From Candidatus Sungiibacteriota bacterium (GTDB lineage Bacteria; Patescibacteriota; Minisyncoccia; Sungbacterales; HO2-52-23): a stretch of DNA of 64,000 nt. The notes under the pieces were generated by a model. It was not told the DNA's origin. It made no database searches and was given only the letters and a program-made list of their open reading frames with translations. The translations under genes were made by a program, and so were the position numbers. Below, piece after piece: positions 30,653 through 40,259 of the stretch; positions within the stretch are counted from its first letter, which is position 1, and each line of letters starts with the position of its first letter. The stretch is from assembly GCA_016432465.1 (NCBI GenBank), contig CP066690.1, positions 186,702 to 250,701 of the forward strand. Direction: 5' to 3'.

Positions 30653-30655
30653 AAA

Positions 30656-31321
30656 CTATCCGTAATATTTTTCTTTATAGAAACGAATTAGCTGTTCGAC
30701 CTCGGTGATGATTTCCGGCGAACCAACACCTACTTTTAATTTTTTCTGCACGCCGTCAAGATCCACCGCCCCTTCCAGCACCGCCTCCTCAATGTCTTTA
30801 TCGGTAATATTTAACTTGGGGTCAATCACGCGCGCTCCTTCTATTATAATACGCTTATGCTGCCCTGTCCTGCGGAAGTAATCGTTGACAGCTTTGCGGA
30901 AGGCCTTATCAGCAAGGACCGAGCAGTGGATTTTTCTATTCGGCAATCCGCCGAGCCGCTCCATAATATGCTGGGGCTTGATTTTCAACGCTTCATCCAT
31001 TGGCACCCCCCCTTTTTCAGTCACCATCACGGAAAACATAGAGGTTGCGGCAATGGCCGAGCCGCACCCAAACGTACGCCATTTCATTTCTTTTATTTTT
31101 TCAGTTTCCGGTTCAATTTTCAACCACATCTTCATCAGATCTCCGCATGCTGGGCTTCCCACCATTCCCACCGCATCATACTGCGACTCATCCGGGTCCT
31201 CCAGCATCAAATTCCGGGGATTGAAAAAGTGATCCTTGACAATGTCGGTGTAGTACCATTTTTCTCCGGTGAACTGATTCACAACATCGGCGCTGGTATC
31301 AACTTTAGGTTTTGATTCCAT
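30656..31321 (-). CDS. iscU: IscU/NifU-N Fe-S scaffold with BFD-like C-terminus
   Basis: DHFFNPRN, CGD, FGCGSAIA, KIHCS. Confidence 0.9.
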   Translation of the reverse strand: MESKPKVDTSADVVNQFTGEKWYYTDIVKDHFFNPRNLMLEDPDESQYDAVGMVGSPACGDLMKMWLKIEPETEKIKEMKWRTFGCGSAIAATSMFSVMVTEKGGVPMDEALKIKPQHIMERLGGLPNRKIHCSVLADKAFRKAVNDYFRRTGQHKRIIIEGARVIDPKLNITDKDIEEAVLEGAVDLDGVQKKLKVGVGSPEIITEVEQLIRFYKEKYYG

Positions 31322-32730
31322 TATTTATAATTTTTACCGCCGACTTTGATTTTTGATCCTTGTCCCGCAAAGGCCTCCGGATGACTTACGGTTTTTTGCC
31401 CGATTTCCAGCCGCACTGGAGAAATTTTTCGCAGTTTCTCCACTATTCCCGGGAAAACTTCCAAAACATAATCCAAATCTTCTTTGGTGGTTCGCCTGCC
31501 TAAAGTAAACCGCAACGAGCCATGTGCGTATTCGTATGGCCGACCTATGGCCAAAATCACATGTGAGGGGTCAAGCGTAGTTGAGGTGCAGGCAGATCCG
31601 GTGGAAATATAAATTCCTTTAGCGTCAAGATATAAAATCACGGCTTCACCCTCAATATCCAGAACCGAAATATTTATATTATTGGGGAGACGTTTTTTCG
31701 GGTGCCCGTTCAAAACAATTTTGGGAACGCGCTTCATAACTTCGCTGATAAAATAATCGCGAAGTTTTAGGAGCCGAGCGTTTTCTTTTTCGCGCTCTTC
31801 TTGCGCCAGCTCAAACGCCTTGGCAAACCCTATAATTCCCGGGATATTTTCCGTGCCGGAGCGCAGATTATTTTCCTGCCCTCCGCCATAAATCAAGGGC
31901 CTTAAACGGATGCCGCGCCGGATATATAGACACCCAACTCCTTTGGGCCCGTAAATTTTTGACCCGTTCATGGCCAGTAAATCAACTCCTAGTTTTTGAA
32001 CATCCATATCCAATGCACCGGCCGCCTGACAGGCATCGGTATGGAAAAAGATCGGAGTCGGATTACCTGCGACTTTTCGTTCCTCGCGTATCTCTTTTAT
32101 TATTTTCCCAATTTCCTCAATCGGCTCAATGGTCCCAATTTCGTTATTAGCATACATTATTGAAACCAAAATCGTATACGGGCGAATAGCTTTTTTTATT
32201 TCTTCCTGACGAACAAGACCGTATTCGTCCACATCAAGATAAGTTACTTCCCAGCCAGAGGCTGGTCCGCCCCCGGCGGAAAATCCTTCTTTTTCCAACG
32301 CTTCCAGAGAATGCAATACGGCATGATGTTCAATTTTGGAAGTAATTATGTGCCTCCCTTGATCCTTATACATTCGGGCAACCCCAAAAATGGCAAGATT
32401 TATTGCTTCTGTGCCTCCTCCGGTAAACACAAGCTCTTCGGATTTGCAATTCAAAAGCCGCGCGACGACTGAACGCGCACTATCCAACGACTCTTTAGCT
32501 CGGCGCCCGGGACGATATAAACTTGAAGGATTACCATATTCTTCTTCCCAATACGGTTCCATTGCCTCGGCGACCCGAGGATCAAGATACGTTGTTGCCG
32601 CGTGATCAAGATATACCCCGTTAGAGATATATTTTGGAGCTTCCTTTTCAGTCATGTTCTTAACTGTGGAGAATATCACCCCCTTAGATGATTTGTTGAA
32701 CAAATCTCTAACGGGGTAAACTTCCCTCAT
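31321..32730 (-). CDS. iscS: Cysteine desulfurase carrying two in-frame palindromic insertions
   Basis: YLDHAATT, GNPSS, GGTEA, KIYGPKG, STGSAC; start overlaps the rrf2 stop (ATGA). Confidence 0.95.
   Translation of the reverse strand: MREVYPVRDLFNKSSKGVIFSTVKNMTEKEAPKYISNGVYLDHAATTYLDPRVAEAMEPYWEEEYGNPSSLYRPGRRAKESLDSARSVVARLLNCKSEELVFTGGGTEAINLAIFGVARMYKDQGRHIITSKIEHHAVLHSLEALEKEGFSAGGGPASGWEVTYLDVDEYGLVRQEEIKKAIRPYTILVSIMYANNEIGTIEPIEEIGKIIKEIREERKVAGNPTPIFFHTDACQAAGALDMDVQKLGVDLLAMNGSKIYGPKGVGCLYIRRGIRLRPLIYGGGQENNLRSGTENIPGIIGFAKAFELAQEEREKENARLLKLRDYFISEVMKRVPKIVLNGHPKKRLPNNINISVLDIEGEAVILYLDAKGIYISTGSACTSTTLDPSHVILAIGRPYEYAHGSLRFTLGRRTTKEDLDYVLEVFPGIVEKLRKISPVRLEIGQKTVSHPEAFAGQGSKIKVGGKNYK
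32251..32280 (-). repeat. 30-nt twin-hairpin in-frame insertion in iscS
   Basis: TCCGCC-GGG-GGCGGA + CCAGCC-TCT-GGCTGG = SAGGGPASGW between EGF and EVTYL. Confidence 0.85.
32611..32721 (-). mobile_element. CCCGTTAGAGA-arm mini-cassette in frame in iscS
   Basis: 99-bp core 32617-32715; minus-strand flanks GTTTAC and GTATAT both encode VY. Confidence 0.85.
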
Positions 32731-33017
32731 AATTTTTTAATAGTCCTTAACACCGGACAAAGTGAATAAATCGGCGCGTAAAAATCAATCAGGTTTCCAA
32801 CGGAAGCCGCCCGGCGACTTTCTGCAAGTCTATAACCACCACCCGCGCCCCTGCGAGACTCTAACCAACCGGCGTGTTTAAGTTCCTGCGCAACCTTCTC
32901 AAGATACGCTCGGGGGAGATGGAACTCCCCGGCTACGGTCCGTACGTCCGCGAACGTTTCTTTCTTCTGCTTCAAGTATTCAATTAATATTAATGCGTAA
33001 TCAAAACGCTTTTTCAT
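32727..33017 (-). CDS. Rrf2-family regulator (short)
   Basis: DYAL..YLEKV..L..G.LESRRGAGGGYRLA. Confidence 0.9.
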   Translation of the reverse strand: MKKRFDYALILIEYLKQKKETFADVRTVAGEFHLPRAYLEKVAQELKHAGWLESRRGAGGGYRLAESRRAASVGNLIDFYAPIYSLCPVLRTIKKL

Positions 33018-33225
33018 CCCGATAGTGATTTATCCCGTTAGAGATTTATTACGTATGGAAACATGCAGTAAGACGCGTTCCGCATACATTGATATCCTAC
33101 AAACCGCATTTAGTTCCATATCTCTAACGGGATTTACGGTTAGACTTGATAAATAACTTACTCCCATAGTAATTATACATATTATAACCCCGGCAGGTAT
33201 GAACTTTATCACTATCGGGATTCAT
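33012..33225. mobile_element. CCCGATAGTGA-arm mini-cassette containing a nested cassette
   Basis: TTTCAT-CCCGATAGTGA(33018)...TCACTATCGGG(33219)-ATTCAT; 202 bp minus 104-bp inner unit = 98 bp. Confidence 0.8.
33028..33137. mobile_element. CCCGTTAGAGA-arm mini-cassette (98-bp core, type-A cargo)
   Basis: ATTTAT-CCCGTTAGAGA(33034)...TCTCTAACGGG(33131)-ATTTAC. Confidence 0.85.
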
Positions 33226-33252
33226 AATTTCGGATACTTTTAGTCCGATTAT
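33226..33252 (-). promoter_or_regulatory. Putative Rrf2 operator
   Basis: ATAATCGGA-CTAAAAGTA-TCCGAAATT inverted repeat upstream of the rrf2-iscS-iscU operon; resembles IscR-type boxes. Confidence 0.5.
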
Positions 33253-33273
33253 ATCTAAAAATATATAAGCCTT

Positions 33274-33300
33274 TTCTATAGAGGTCGGACCTCTATAGAA
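33274..33300 (+). repeat. Dispersed copy of the RAYT REP
   Basis: TTCTATAGAGGTCGGACCTCTATAGAA right after the ahpC stop. Confidence 0.9.
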
Positions 33301-33302
33301 AC

Positions 33303-33887
33303 TTACCTTAACTCTTGATAAACCCTACCGGCTTTTTTGATAGAGGGTTTAATCGTTGCCTCCCCTTCTTCCCAACTGGCGGGACAAACATTGCCGGGAT
33401 GACTCTTAACATATTGCAAAGCTTTTAGTTTTCTAAGAATCTCGGCAGTATTGCGTCCAATGACGTCAGTCACAATTTCTACGGCCCGCAAAGCTCCCTC
33501 TGGGTCAACTATAAACACAGCGCGCTGCGCCATGCCTTTTTCCTCATTGTAAATCCCAAGCTCGCGGGAAAATTTACCATTGTGATCCGCGGCCATAAGA
33601 AATGGCAGACCCTTCAGAAGCCCCTCGGTTTCAACCCAGGCCTTGTGAGTATAAACCGTATCCGTGCTTGCTACCACCACCTCGGTCTTTAATTTTTTAA
33701 ACTCGGACTGAAATTTTTTAAGATCACGCAATTCCGTGGGGCAGACAAAAGTAAAATCCGCCGGATAGAAAAATAAAATGAGCCAGCGCTTGGCAAAATT
33801 TTTATTGTCAATACGCTCAATCGCCTCTTTCTCCGGATTATAAACCTCAAGGGAAAAATGAGGGAATTTTTTATCTACTGTAAACAT
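33303..33887 (-). CDS. ahpC: 2-Cys peroxiredoxin
   Basis: FFYPADFTFVCPTE, VCPASW. Confidence 0.95.
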   Translation of the reverse strand: MFTVDKKFPHFSLEVYNPEKEAIERIDNKNFAKRWLILFFYPADFTFVCPTELRDLKKFQSEFKKLKTEVVVASTDTVYTHKAWVETEGLLKGLPFLMAADHNGKFSRELGIYNEEKGMAQRAVFIVDPEGALRAVEIVTDVIGRNTAEILRKLKALQYVKSHPGNVCPASWEEGEATIKPSIKKAGRVYQELR

Positions 33888-33898
33888 AATAATTAATC

Positions 33899-35122
33899 TT
33901 AAACGCTCTCTTGGCGAGTGTCAACGCCCTCGTGATGACTATTTTTCATACGTAAAAACAGAAAAATTATAAAAGCCACAACGCCTAATATCGCGCCGTA
34001 TTGAAACGACACGGCGGGGCCAAACTTGTCCCAAAGAAATCCAAAAACTAAACTCGCGGGAAGAAGGGCAAAGCCGGTGAAGGCATTATACATTCCGTAG
34101 GCGGTCGCGCGCCATTTCTCTTCCACTAAGTCCGCCACAATCGCGCGCCCCACGCCCTCTATAAAAGCAGCAGCCAGTCCATACATCGCAAAAAGCAGCC
34201 AAACGGTAGAGACCGAGGATACGCCGGCAAAAAGAAAATAAGTTGCGGCAAAAATCAGCATCCCGATCATAAAAGTATTGCGGTGGCCGATTTTATCGGA
34301 AAGCATGCCGGCCGGCGTGGAAAAAATTGCCAGCGTAATATTATAGACAAAATAAATAATGGGGAGAAGTGCCAAAGCGACTCCCACGTTTTGCGCACGC
34401 AGAAGTAAAAACGCCTCCGAGGCTCTTCCCAAAGAAAAAATCGTTGCGGCAATAAGAAATACAACAAAAGGCAGTCCCAAGTATTTAAACTCAAATTTGG
34501 GCCGCTCAGTTTGCTCCACGTGGTTGCCGACTTCCCGTACCGTAAGCTTTAGTATCAGCACCGCAAAAAAACTTGCCACAAAAGATAACAAAAAGAGCGT
34601 TCTTAGATTATTGCCAATAAGGGGTAAGAGCAAAAAGGCTAAAAGCGGCCCGGCCGCAGCGCCCAGCGTATCCGCGGTCCGGTGAAATCCAAAGGCGCGG
34701 CCAACATCTTTTTTATCCGTTGAAAAACTCAAGAGCGCGTCGCGCGGCGCATCGCGTGTACCCTTGCCTACGCGGTCCAAAAAGCGGACCGCCAATACAT
34801 GCCACGGAGCAACGGCCACAGCCAGAATGGGCTTGGCCAAAGCAGAAAGACTGTAGCCAAACACCACAAAAGGCTTGCGTCTGCGTACTTTATCAGACAA
34901 GCGGCCTGATATAATTTTCAGGATACTGGCCGTTGCGTCGGCCACACCCTCCACTAATCCCACAAAAGTGGCTGTCGCTCCAAGAACAGAAGTAAGAAAA
35001 ATCGGGATAAACGGAAAAACCATATCCGAAGATAAATCATTCAGGAAACTAACAACACCCATAGAAACTACGTTTCTGGAAAGGCCGAATATTTTGGTTG
35101 GCTTTTGAACGTTTTGTTCCAT
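33899..35122 (-). CDS. MFS transporter
   Basis: 12 TM; GRLSDK..RRK; RFLDRVGKG.R.APRDA. Confidence 0.9.
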   Translation of the reverse strand: MEQNVQKPTKIFGLSRNVVSMGVVSFLNDLSSDMVFPFIPIFLTSVLGATATFVGLVEGVADATASILKIISGRLSDKVRRRKPFVVFGYSLSALAKPILAVAVAPWHVLAVRFLDRVGKGTRDAPRDALLSFSTDKKDVGRAFGFHRTADTLGAAAGPLLAFLLLPLIGNNLRTLFLLSFVASFFAVLILKLTVREVGNHVEQTERPKFEFKYLGLPFVVFLIAATIFSLGRASEAFLLLRAQNVGVALALLPIIYFVYNITLAIFSTPAGMLSDKIGHRNTFMIGMLIFAATYFLFAGVSSVSTVWLLFAMYGLAAAFIEGVGRAIVADLVEEKWRATAYGMYNAFTGFALLPASLVFGFLWDKFGPAVSFQYGAILGVVAFIIFLFLRMKNSHHEGVDTRQESV

Positions 35123-35731
35123 TTACAACGTGGGGCGCTCACCCCGAACAAGATGGATAATAGCGGGTAATACAGATAAAAAGACAATAAATCCAATAAT
35201 GGGTAATAAATATCTGTCCACTTCCGGCATAACACTCCCCAGATAAAAACCAAGAAGCGTAAGTCCAACAGCCCAGAAGAAACCTCCTATTATATTGTAG
35301 AAGAGAAAAGTTCTATAACGCATCTCGCCAACTCCGGCCAGAATCGGCGCAAAAGTTCTAACCAGGGGCATAAAACGAGCTAAAATAATGGCCGCCCCCC
35401 CATATCTTTCATAAAATCTCCGGGCTCGTTCCAGGTGGGCCCTGCGAAAGAGGAATGACTCTTCTTTGACAAAAATTTTTGGACCGACTTTTTTACCGAA
35501 AGCATAACCAAAACTATCCCCCAAAACCGCTCCGGCAAAACAAATTATTATCAAGGTAAAAATATTTAAAAATCCCTGTGAGGCCAAAAGTCCGGCGGTG
35601 AAAAGAAGCGAATCCCCGGGCAAAAAAAAGCCAAGCAAAAGCCCGGATTCGGCAAAAACAATCCCAAAAAGCCCGAGATAGCCGACCGTTCGAATCAATA
35701 AAGCAAGGTCAAATCCCACTAAAAAGTCCAT
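35123..35731 (-). CDS. DedA family protein
   Basis: FAESG..LPGDSLLF..ARFMP.VR. Confidence 0.92.
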   Translation of the reverse strand: MDFLVGFDLALLIRTVGYLGLFGIVFAESGLLLGFFLPGDSLLFTAGLLASQGFLNIFTLIIICFAGAVLGDSFGYAFGKKVGPKIFVKEESFLFRRAHLERARRFYERYGGAAIILARFMPLVRTFAPILAGVGEMRYRTFLFYNIIGGFFWAVGLTLLGFYLGSVMPEVDRYLLPIIGFIVFLSVLPAIIHLVRGERPTL

Positions 35732-35799
35732 GACAGATATATTATCATGGTTTGAAAATAAGGGGAAGAAACCGACTAAAAATTAGAAAACCGAAGCGT

Positions 35800-35837
35800 A
35801 AAAACCGTCCCTCTGCCATTGGCAGAGGGACGGTTTT
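35800..35837. terminator. Strong terminator hairpin
   Basis: AAAACCGTCCCTCTGCCA-T-TGGCAGAGGGACGGTTTT. Confidence 0.7.
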
Positions 35838-35947
35838 ATTATTTCTGGCAGAATACACCGCGGGCTCTGCGATCAAGACGCGAGAGCTTCCTGCGAAACG
35901 GAAGCTCTCGTCTCCGGGGTCGGTTACTCAAAGAACACCGCTTGCAT

Positions 35948-38900
35948 CTACTTCAAACCTTTCAGCAAACTTCTTAACCTTTCCAGAATCGCGTTTAGCG
36001 ACTCGGTAATGGAGGCGATGAGTTTATTGGTTGAAACCGCGGGTAATTCTGCAACCGCAAGATTCCCGGTGCTGGAATCAAGTTTGGCTAAAAAGATATC
36101 TGTTGCCCCGCCAAAACTTAAGTTATTCAAAGAGCCCTCCACATATCCGGTTATAAAAGGATTTCCCGAATTGTCCAAAGCTATCGCGCTACCCGTGTCT
36201 AACTGCGAAGTACCCAGAAGGTACGACCATAATTTATTGCCGCTCGCATCATATCTTAGTGTAAAGATGTCGCGACTGCCGCTATTGGTTTTGCCGTCCA
36301 GCGGCCCATCAGTGCCCCCGACAATAAAGGAACCGCCTGATCCCGAAACCGCAAGACCATTCGGCCAGTCATTGCCGTAACTTCCAAACTGTCGAAGCCA
36401 GACTAGAGTCCCTGAACTATTGTATTTTGCAAGAAAAACGTCAACGGCTCCGGCAGAAGTCTGACCTGTTAACGCACTAGCGGTCTCACCAGCAACATAA
36501 ATGTTACCGGAGGAATCCGTACCCACCCCGTTCCCCGCGTCAGTCCCCGAAGCCCCCAAGAGTCTTGTCCAAATACGATTGCCGTTAGCGTCATACTTCG
36601 TAAGAAACATGTCATTACCACCCGCAAAAGTTTGTCCATCAATTGCGCTGCCAGTATTACCGGTAACATAGACATTGCCGGAACTATCAGAATTAACTGC
36701 TCTGGCTCGCTCGGCTGTAGAGCCACCCCAAAGCCGTGACCAAAGTTTGGTTCCGTTACTGTCGTATTTCACCAGCAGAATATCCAAATCCCCTCCAAAG
36801 GATTGTCCATCTATGGATCCCGAAGCATCACCAGCGGCATAAATGCTTCCATCAACGGGGCTTACAGAAACGCCCCAGAAGCGGTCTAGCCCCGACGTAC
36901 CTATCAGACGAGTCCATAATCTTGTCCCGTTGCCGTCATATTTTACAAGCAACGCATCACTGCTTCCAACATAAGTTTGCCCATCTATGGATCCTGCCGC
37001 ATGGCCTGCCGCATAGATATTCCCCTGACCGTCTGATTTAACGCTGGTAAAATTGTCTCCGCCGGTTGATGATCCTACCAGACGGACCCAGATTTTATTC
37101 CCGCTACTGTCGTATTTAGCTACTAAAGCATCGTAGTCAAATGCGACTGAGCCTACCGGCGCTTGTCCATCTATGGCCCCATCAGTGGTACCGGCAATAT
37201 AAATAGCTCCGCTAGAGTTATCAGCCGTCACCCCTGCGGCTGAATCAAAACCCGAGCCCCCTAAAAGTTTCAACCAAGAAGCCGCTGCGGATAAAGTGAC
37301 AAAAGTAAAATCATCAGACGTGGCGCTTATACCCAACGAGCCTTTGGATAATACACGGTAGTGGTACGTTGTACCGGCCTGCAGGCCGGGAATCGTAACC
37401 GAGTGAGAAGTGACAAGTTCTGAATAAGAAACCGAGTAGCCATAGATAGCGGTTTGTCCGTGTTCCACCTTACTGTCTGACGCCCCATCCGTAGTCCAGG
37501 TTACGGTGACGGAATTTTGAGTGATGTTTGTTGCCTGAACGTTAGAAATTTGGGGCGGCGCCGGATCGGTAGTAAACAAACCGGTGGAGGTGGCCATATT
37601 GCCAGCCGCATCTTTAGATTTAACGCGGAAATAATAAGTGGTGCTTGGCTGCAATTGTGAAAGCGTAACCGCATGTGAATTTACCATGCTAGTATTCAGG
37701 GACGTATTACTGCCGTAAGAAGTTGTAAGGCCGTACTCAGCTTGTGAATCAGCTACTTCATTCGTGAACCAAATTATAGATACGCTCGTGGAAGCGGAAT
37801 CAGTACTTCCCGTGGTGTAGAGATTTGAAATCGTTGGCGGCGTGACATCAGAAGGAGCAGTAGTGGAGGAACCGTAGATCACTGAATTTGACTCTGTGCC
37901 CGTAGCACCCGCGCACGTATAATTACCGCTACACCCAAAGACCTTGTATTTGTAGGAATAGCCGCTGACAAAAGCCTCATCCCCAACTGAACCCCAGACA
38001 TGCGTATCATTATAGGTATATGTAGAGCCGCTCCTTAACGTAGAACCGATCCAAACACCGCAGGCGCCGGTTGGAAAAGAGCCCCCATTGACACTTCTGT
38101 AAACACAGTATAATGGCGCCCCAGAATCTGGCCAGCTTAAGGTGATTTTTCCAGCGCCCGGAGTGGCGGTTACCGAAGTGGGTGGAGTATAAGCGGCAGT
38201 TGTTGTAGTGGTAGTGGTCGTGGTCGTAGATACGAATGTGGTTGCCGGCGTTGCAGAAGTTGCCGGCGTTGCTGAAGTAGTAATACCACCACCGCTTACG
38301 GGCTGGGCGGGTAAGGCCGGAGTTGCAGGGACTGCGGGAATTGTCCCGGATGTGGTAGTGGTTGTCGCTGAAGTTGATGGCGGAAGAGCAATCAAGGTAG
38401 TTGTTGCAGAAAGAGTTGGGGTGGTCGTGGCAAGTTTCTTCTCAATTCCGGGAGCAGTCAGAAGTCCCGGAGGAATAACACCTGATGCTCCGGCTCCCCG
38501 TTCTAAAAGTCCTTGGATAACTCCCCTGCCTAGTTCTTGGAATTTGGCAATGGTCCTGGGTCCCACAATCCCCACTGATTCAATCCCTTGTTTTTCCTGC
38601 CATTTTTTTACTGCAGTTTCGGTGAGGGGGCCGAAAAAGCCGGTAATTAGGCCTTCCGGATAAATTTCTTTGTCTTTGGCTAGAAATTCCTGGAGGCGAC
38701 GAACATCGTCTCCGGATGATCCCCGAGATAAGGAGCGGGTGAGTTCCGGAGGAGCGGTTTCTGGTTGAGACAATGGTATTTCTGCTGCAGAAGACGGAGC
38801 GGGTTCGGCTACGCTTGTTGCCGGAACAACAGGGGGTTCCGGAGTTTTACCCAGTTCCTGCTGAAGGGTTCTTACTTGCGCTTGGAGTGTTTGGATTTGG

Positions 38901-39022
38901 GCTTGAAGTTCACGAATTAAAGCTTGGAGGTCGGAGGATGGAGGGTTTTGAGCAAATACAAAATTGGCGGCAAGAAGCGCCGCAAAAAGAGTTAAAACAA
39001 ACAAGCAGTATTTAAAACCCAT
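35948..39022 (-). CDS. Surface protein: PG-binding domain, FN3-like domains and SBBP beta-propeller
   Basis: PG_binding_1 motif; T-rich linker; V.YG.T..YG..H.V.L..L...T.Y.FRV; seven GN.YVAG.T..D..L.KYD.SG...W repeats. Confidence 0.85.
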   Translation of the reverse strand: MGFKYCLFVLTLFAALLAANFVFAQNPPSSDLQALIRELQAQIQTLQAQVRTLQQELGKTPEPPVVPATSVAEPAPSSAAEIPLSQPETAPPELTRSLSRGSSGDDVRRLQEFLAKDKEIYPEGLITGFFGPLTETAVKKWQEKQGIESVGIVGPRTIAKFQELGRGVIQGLLERGAGASGVIPPGLLTAPGIEKKLATTTPTLSATTTLIALPPSTSATTTTTSGTIPAVPATPALPAQPVSGGGITTSATPATSATPATTFVSTTTTTTTTTTAAYTPPTSVTATPGAGKITLSWPDSGAPLYCVYRSVNGGSFPTGACGVWIGSTLRSGSTYTYNDTHVWGSVGDEAFVSGYSYKYKVFGCSGNYTCAGATGTESNSVIYGSSTTAPSDVTPPTISNLYTTGSTDSASTSVSIIWFTNEVADSQAEYGLTTSYGSNTSLNTSMVNSHAVTLSQLQPSTTYYFRVKSKDAAGNMATSTGLFTTDPAPPQISNVQATNITQNSVTVTWTTDGASDSKVEHGQTAIYGYSVSYSELVTSHSVTIPGLQAGTTYHYRVLSKGSLGISATSDDFTFVTLSAAASWLKLLGGSGFDSAAGVTADNSSGAIYIAGTTDGAIDGQAPVGSVAFDYDALVAKYDSSGNKIWVRLVGSSTGGDNFTSVKSDGQGNIYAAGHAAGSIDGQTYVGSSDALLVKYDGNGTRLWTRLIGTSGLDRFWGVSVSPVDGSIYAAGDASGSIDGQSFGGDLDILLVKYDSNGTKLWSRLWGGSTAERARAVNSDSSGNVYVTGNTGSAIDGQTFAGGNDMFLTKYDANGNRIWTRLLGASGTDAGNGVGTDSSGNIYVAGETASALTGQTSAGAVDVFLAKYNSSGTLVWLRQFGSYGNDWPNGLAVSGSGGSFIVGGTDGPLDGKTNSGSRDIFTLRYDASGNKLWSYLLGTSQLDTGSAIALDNSGNPFITGYVEGSLNNLSFGGATDIFLAKLDSSTGNLAVAELPAVSTNKLIASITESLNAILERLRSLLKGLK

Positions 39023-39164
39023 ACCCTAAACGTAAAACAATGCTAAATCTGCAACAAGTGTACTTTTCCACACGATACTTCTCCGGTGCACACCCACATT
39101 AAAATTTGGTTTGGAGACGAGCGTCCATGACTTTCTAGGTGTGGGGTGATAAAAAAAGAAATCC

Positions 39165-39354
39165 ATAAATCCCCCCACCTTCCCAGCGGGGTATTGGACC
39201 CCGCGGGAAGGATTTCTACGGCACCCATTCATCCCCGCAGTCCAGCCTTCGTCCCGCTTCTAGCGGGACTACGGTCGCACGCCGCTATAGCTTTGGCGAC
39301 GGCGCGCGGAGTAGGCCAAGCTGCGGGGTATTCTGGGAAGGTGGGGGGATAAAA
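39165..39354 (+). mobile_element. CCCCCCACCTT-arm element, long form
   Basis: ATAAAT/ATAAAA flanks; internal direct repeat GCGGGGTATT at 39186 and 39323; hairpin-rich cargo. Confidence 0.8.
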
Positions 39355-39602
39355 GATACTACACCACGTTTCGCTGTGTTATAATAAGAAGAGACGATGC
39401 AAAAATTGCACGCCTATAAGGTTTTTATCACTGGGGCACCTGAAAAACCTGGATCATAAAAAAGCTGTCAAGCACTTTGACAACCCCCACTTACTCACAA
39501 GTGGGGGTTGGTTGTTTACAAGGTGTGGGTAACTGCTGGAAATAGTATGGATAAGATCGGGACACCGCGCTGTACTTTGGCTGGTTTGGAGGCGGCCAAG
39601 GT

Positions 39603-40085
39603 ATGGCTTGGTGGGCACACTTACTATTTTTAGAAGATACTACTGACAGTAACGAACTTCCTCAAAAACGGGAACCGCTTCTCGCTACTTTATATCGTGT
39701 CACAAAAGACTATGTACGCGAAAATATTATTGGCATTCTTTCGTCCCTACTCACTCTCGTTACTTATCTTTATCTTGGCACAACAGCCGCAGTTTTCTTC
39801 CTAGAAAAAAATGTGCCGGATGTTCTGCCGCATATCATTGAAGCTCTCTCCGAGCCCTATCTTGGAATACTTGGTATTTATATAGTAGTAAAAGAAATTG
39901 AGCGACGCCGCGGAAATACAGCGCCCAAACGCTGGCGAGACGCATTTGCTTTTCTTTGGCTAATTCTTCTGGTGGTCACAACCGTATTTACGATCGCCGA
40001 ACATCAATTTACTCCTCTTTATAAAACTGTGGTTACCAATGCTCTGGCCGCACTCATAATTCGCATCGGCACAATGCTGCGATAA
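39603..40085 (+). CDS. Hypothetical 4-TM membrane protein
   Basis: GGAGG upstream; hydrophobic segments. Confidence 0.6.
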   Translation: MAWWAHLLFLEDTTDSNELPQKREPLLATLYRVTKDYVRENIIGILSSLLTLVTYLYLGTTAAVFFLEKNVPDVLPHIIEALSEPYLGILGIYIVVKEIERRRGNTAPKRWRDAFAFLWLILLVVTTVFTIAEHQFTPLYKTVVTNALAALIIRIGTMLR

Positions 40086-40112
40086 GATTGACGTTGGTAA
40101 ACCCCCACACTC

Positions 40113-40165
40113 ATAAATCCCCCCACCTTCCCAGCGGGGTATTCTGGGAAGGTGGGGGGATAAAT
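40113..40165 (+). mobile_element. CCCCCCACCTT-arm element, short form
   Basis: 41-bp core between two perfect ATAAAT direct repeats. Confidence 0.85.
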
Positions 40166-40167
40166 TT

Positions 40168-40238
40168 CTCGGGGACAGGGAATCGAACCCCAATTTCGAG
40201 GTTCAGAGCCTCGCGTCCTACCTTTAGACGACCCCCGA
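40168..40238 (-). tRNA. tRNA-Gln(CTG)
   Basis: TCGGGGG/TCCCCGA acceptor, CGAGG-CTCTGAA-CCTCG, GGTTCGATTCC. Confidence 0.92.
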
Positions 40239-40259
40239 ACGTTTGAGTGTGGGGGCGGG

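Noticed and set aside
33030-33212. Short ORFs over repeats (33030-33212, 56826-57020, 39026-39352, 555-797, 62792-63211, 40019-40366)
   Set aside because: Translations of palindromic elements or tRNAs, with no independent coding signal
39320-39330. CCCCGCAGC (minus strand) as the missing 3' end of the truncated tRNA-Gln
   Set aside because: No T-loop precedes it and it is part of the element's own CCCCGCAG/CTGCGGGG stem; probably coincidence
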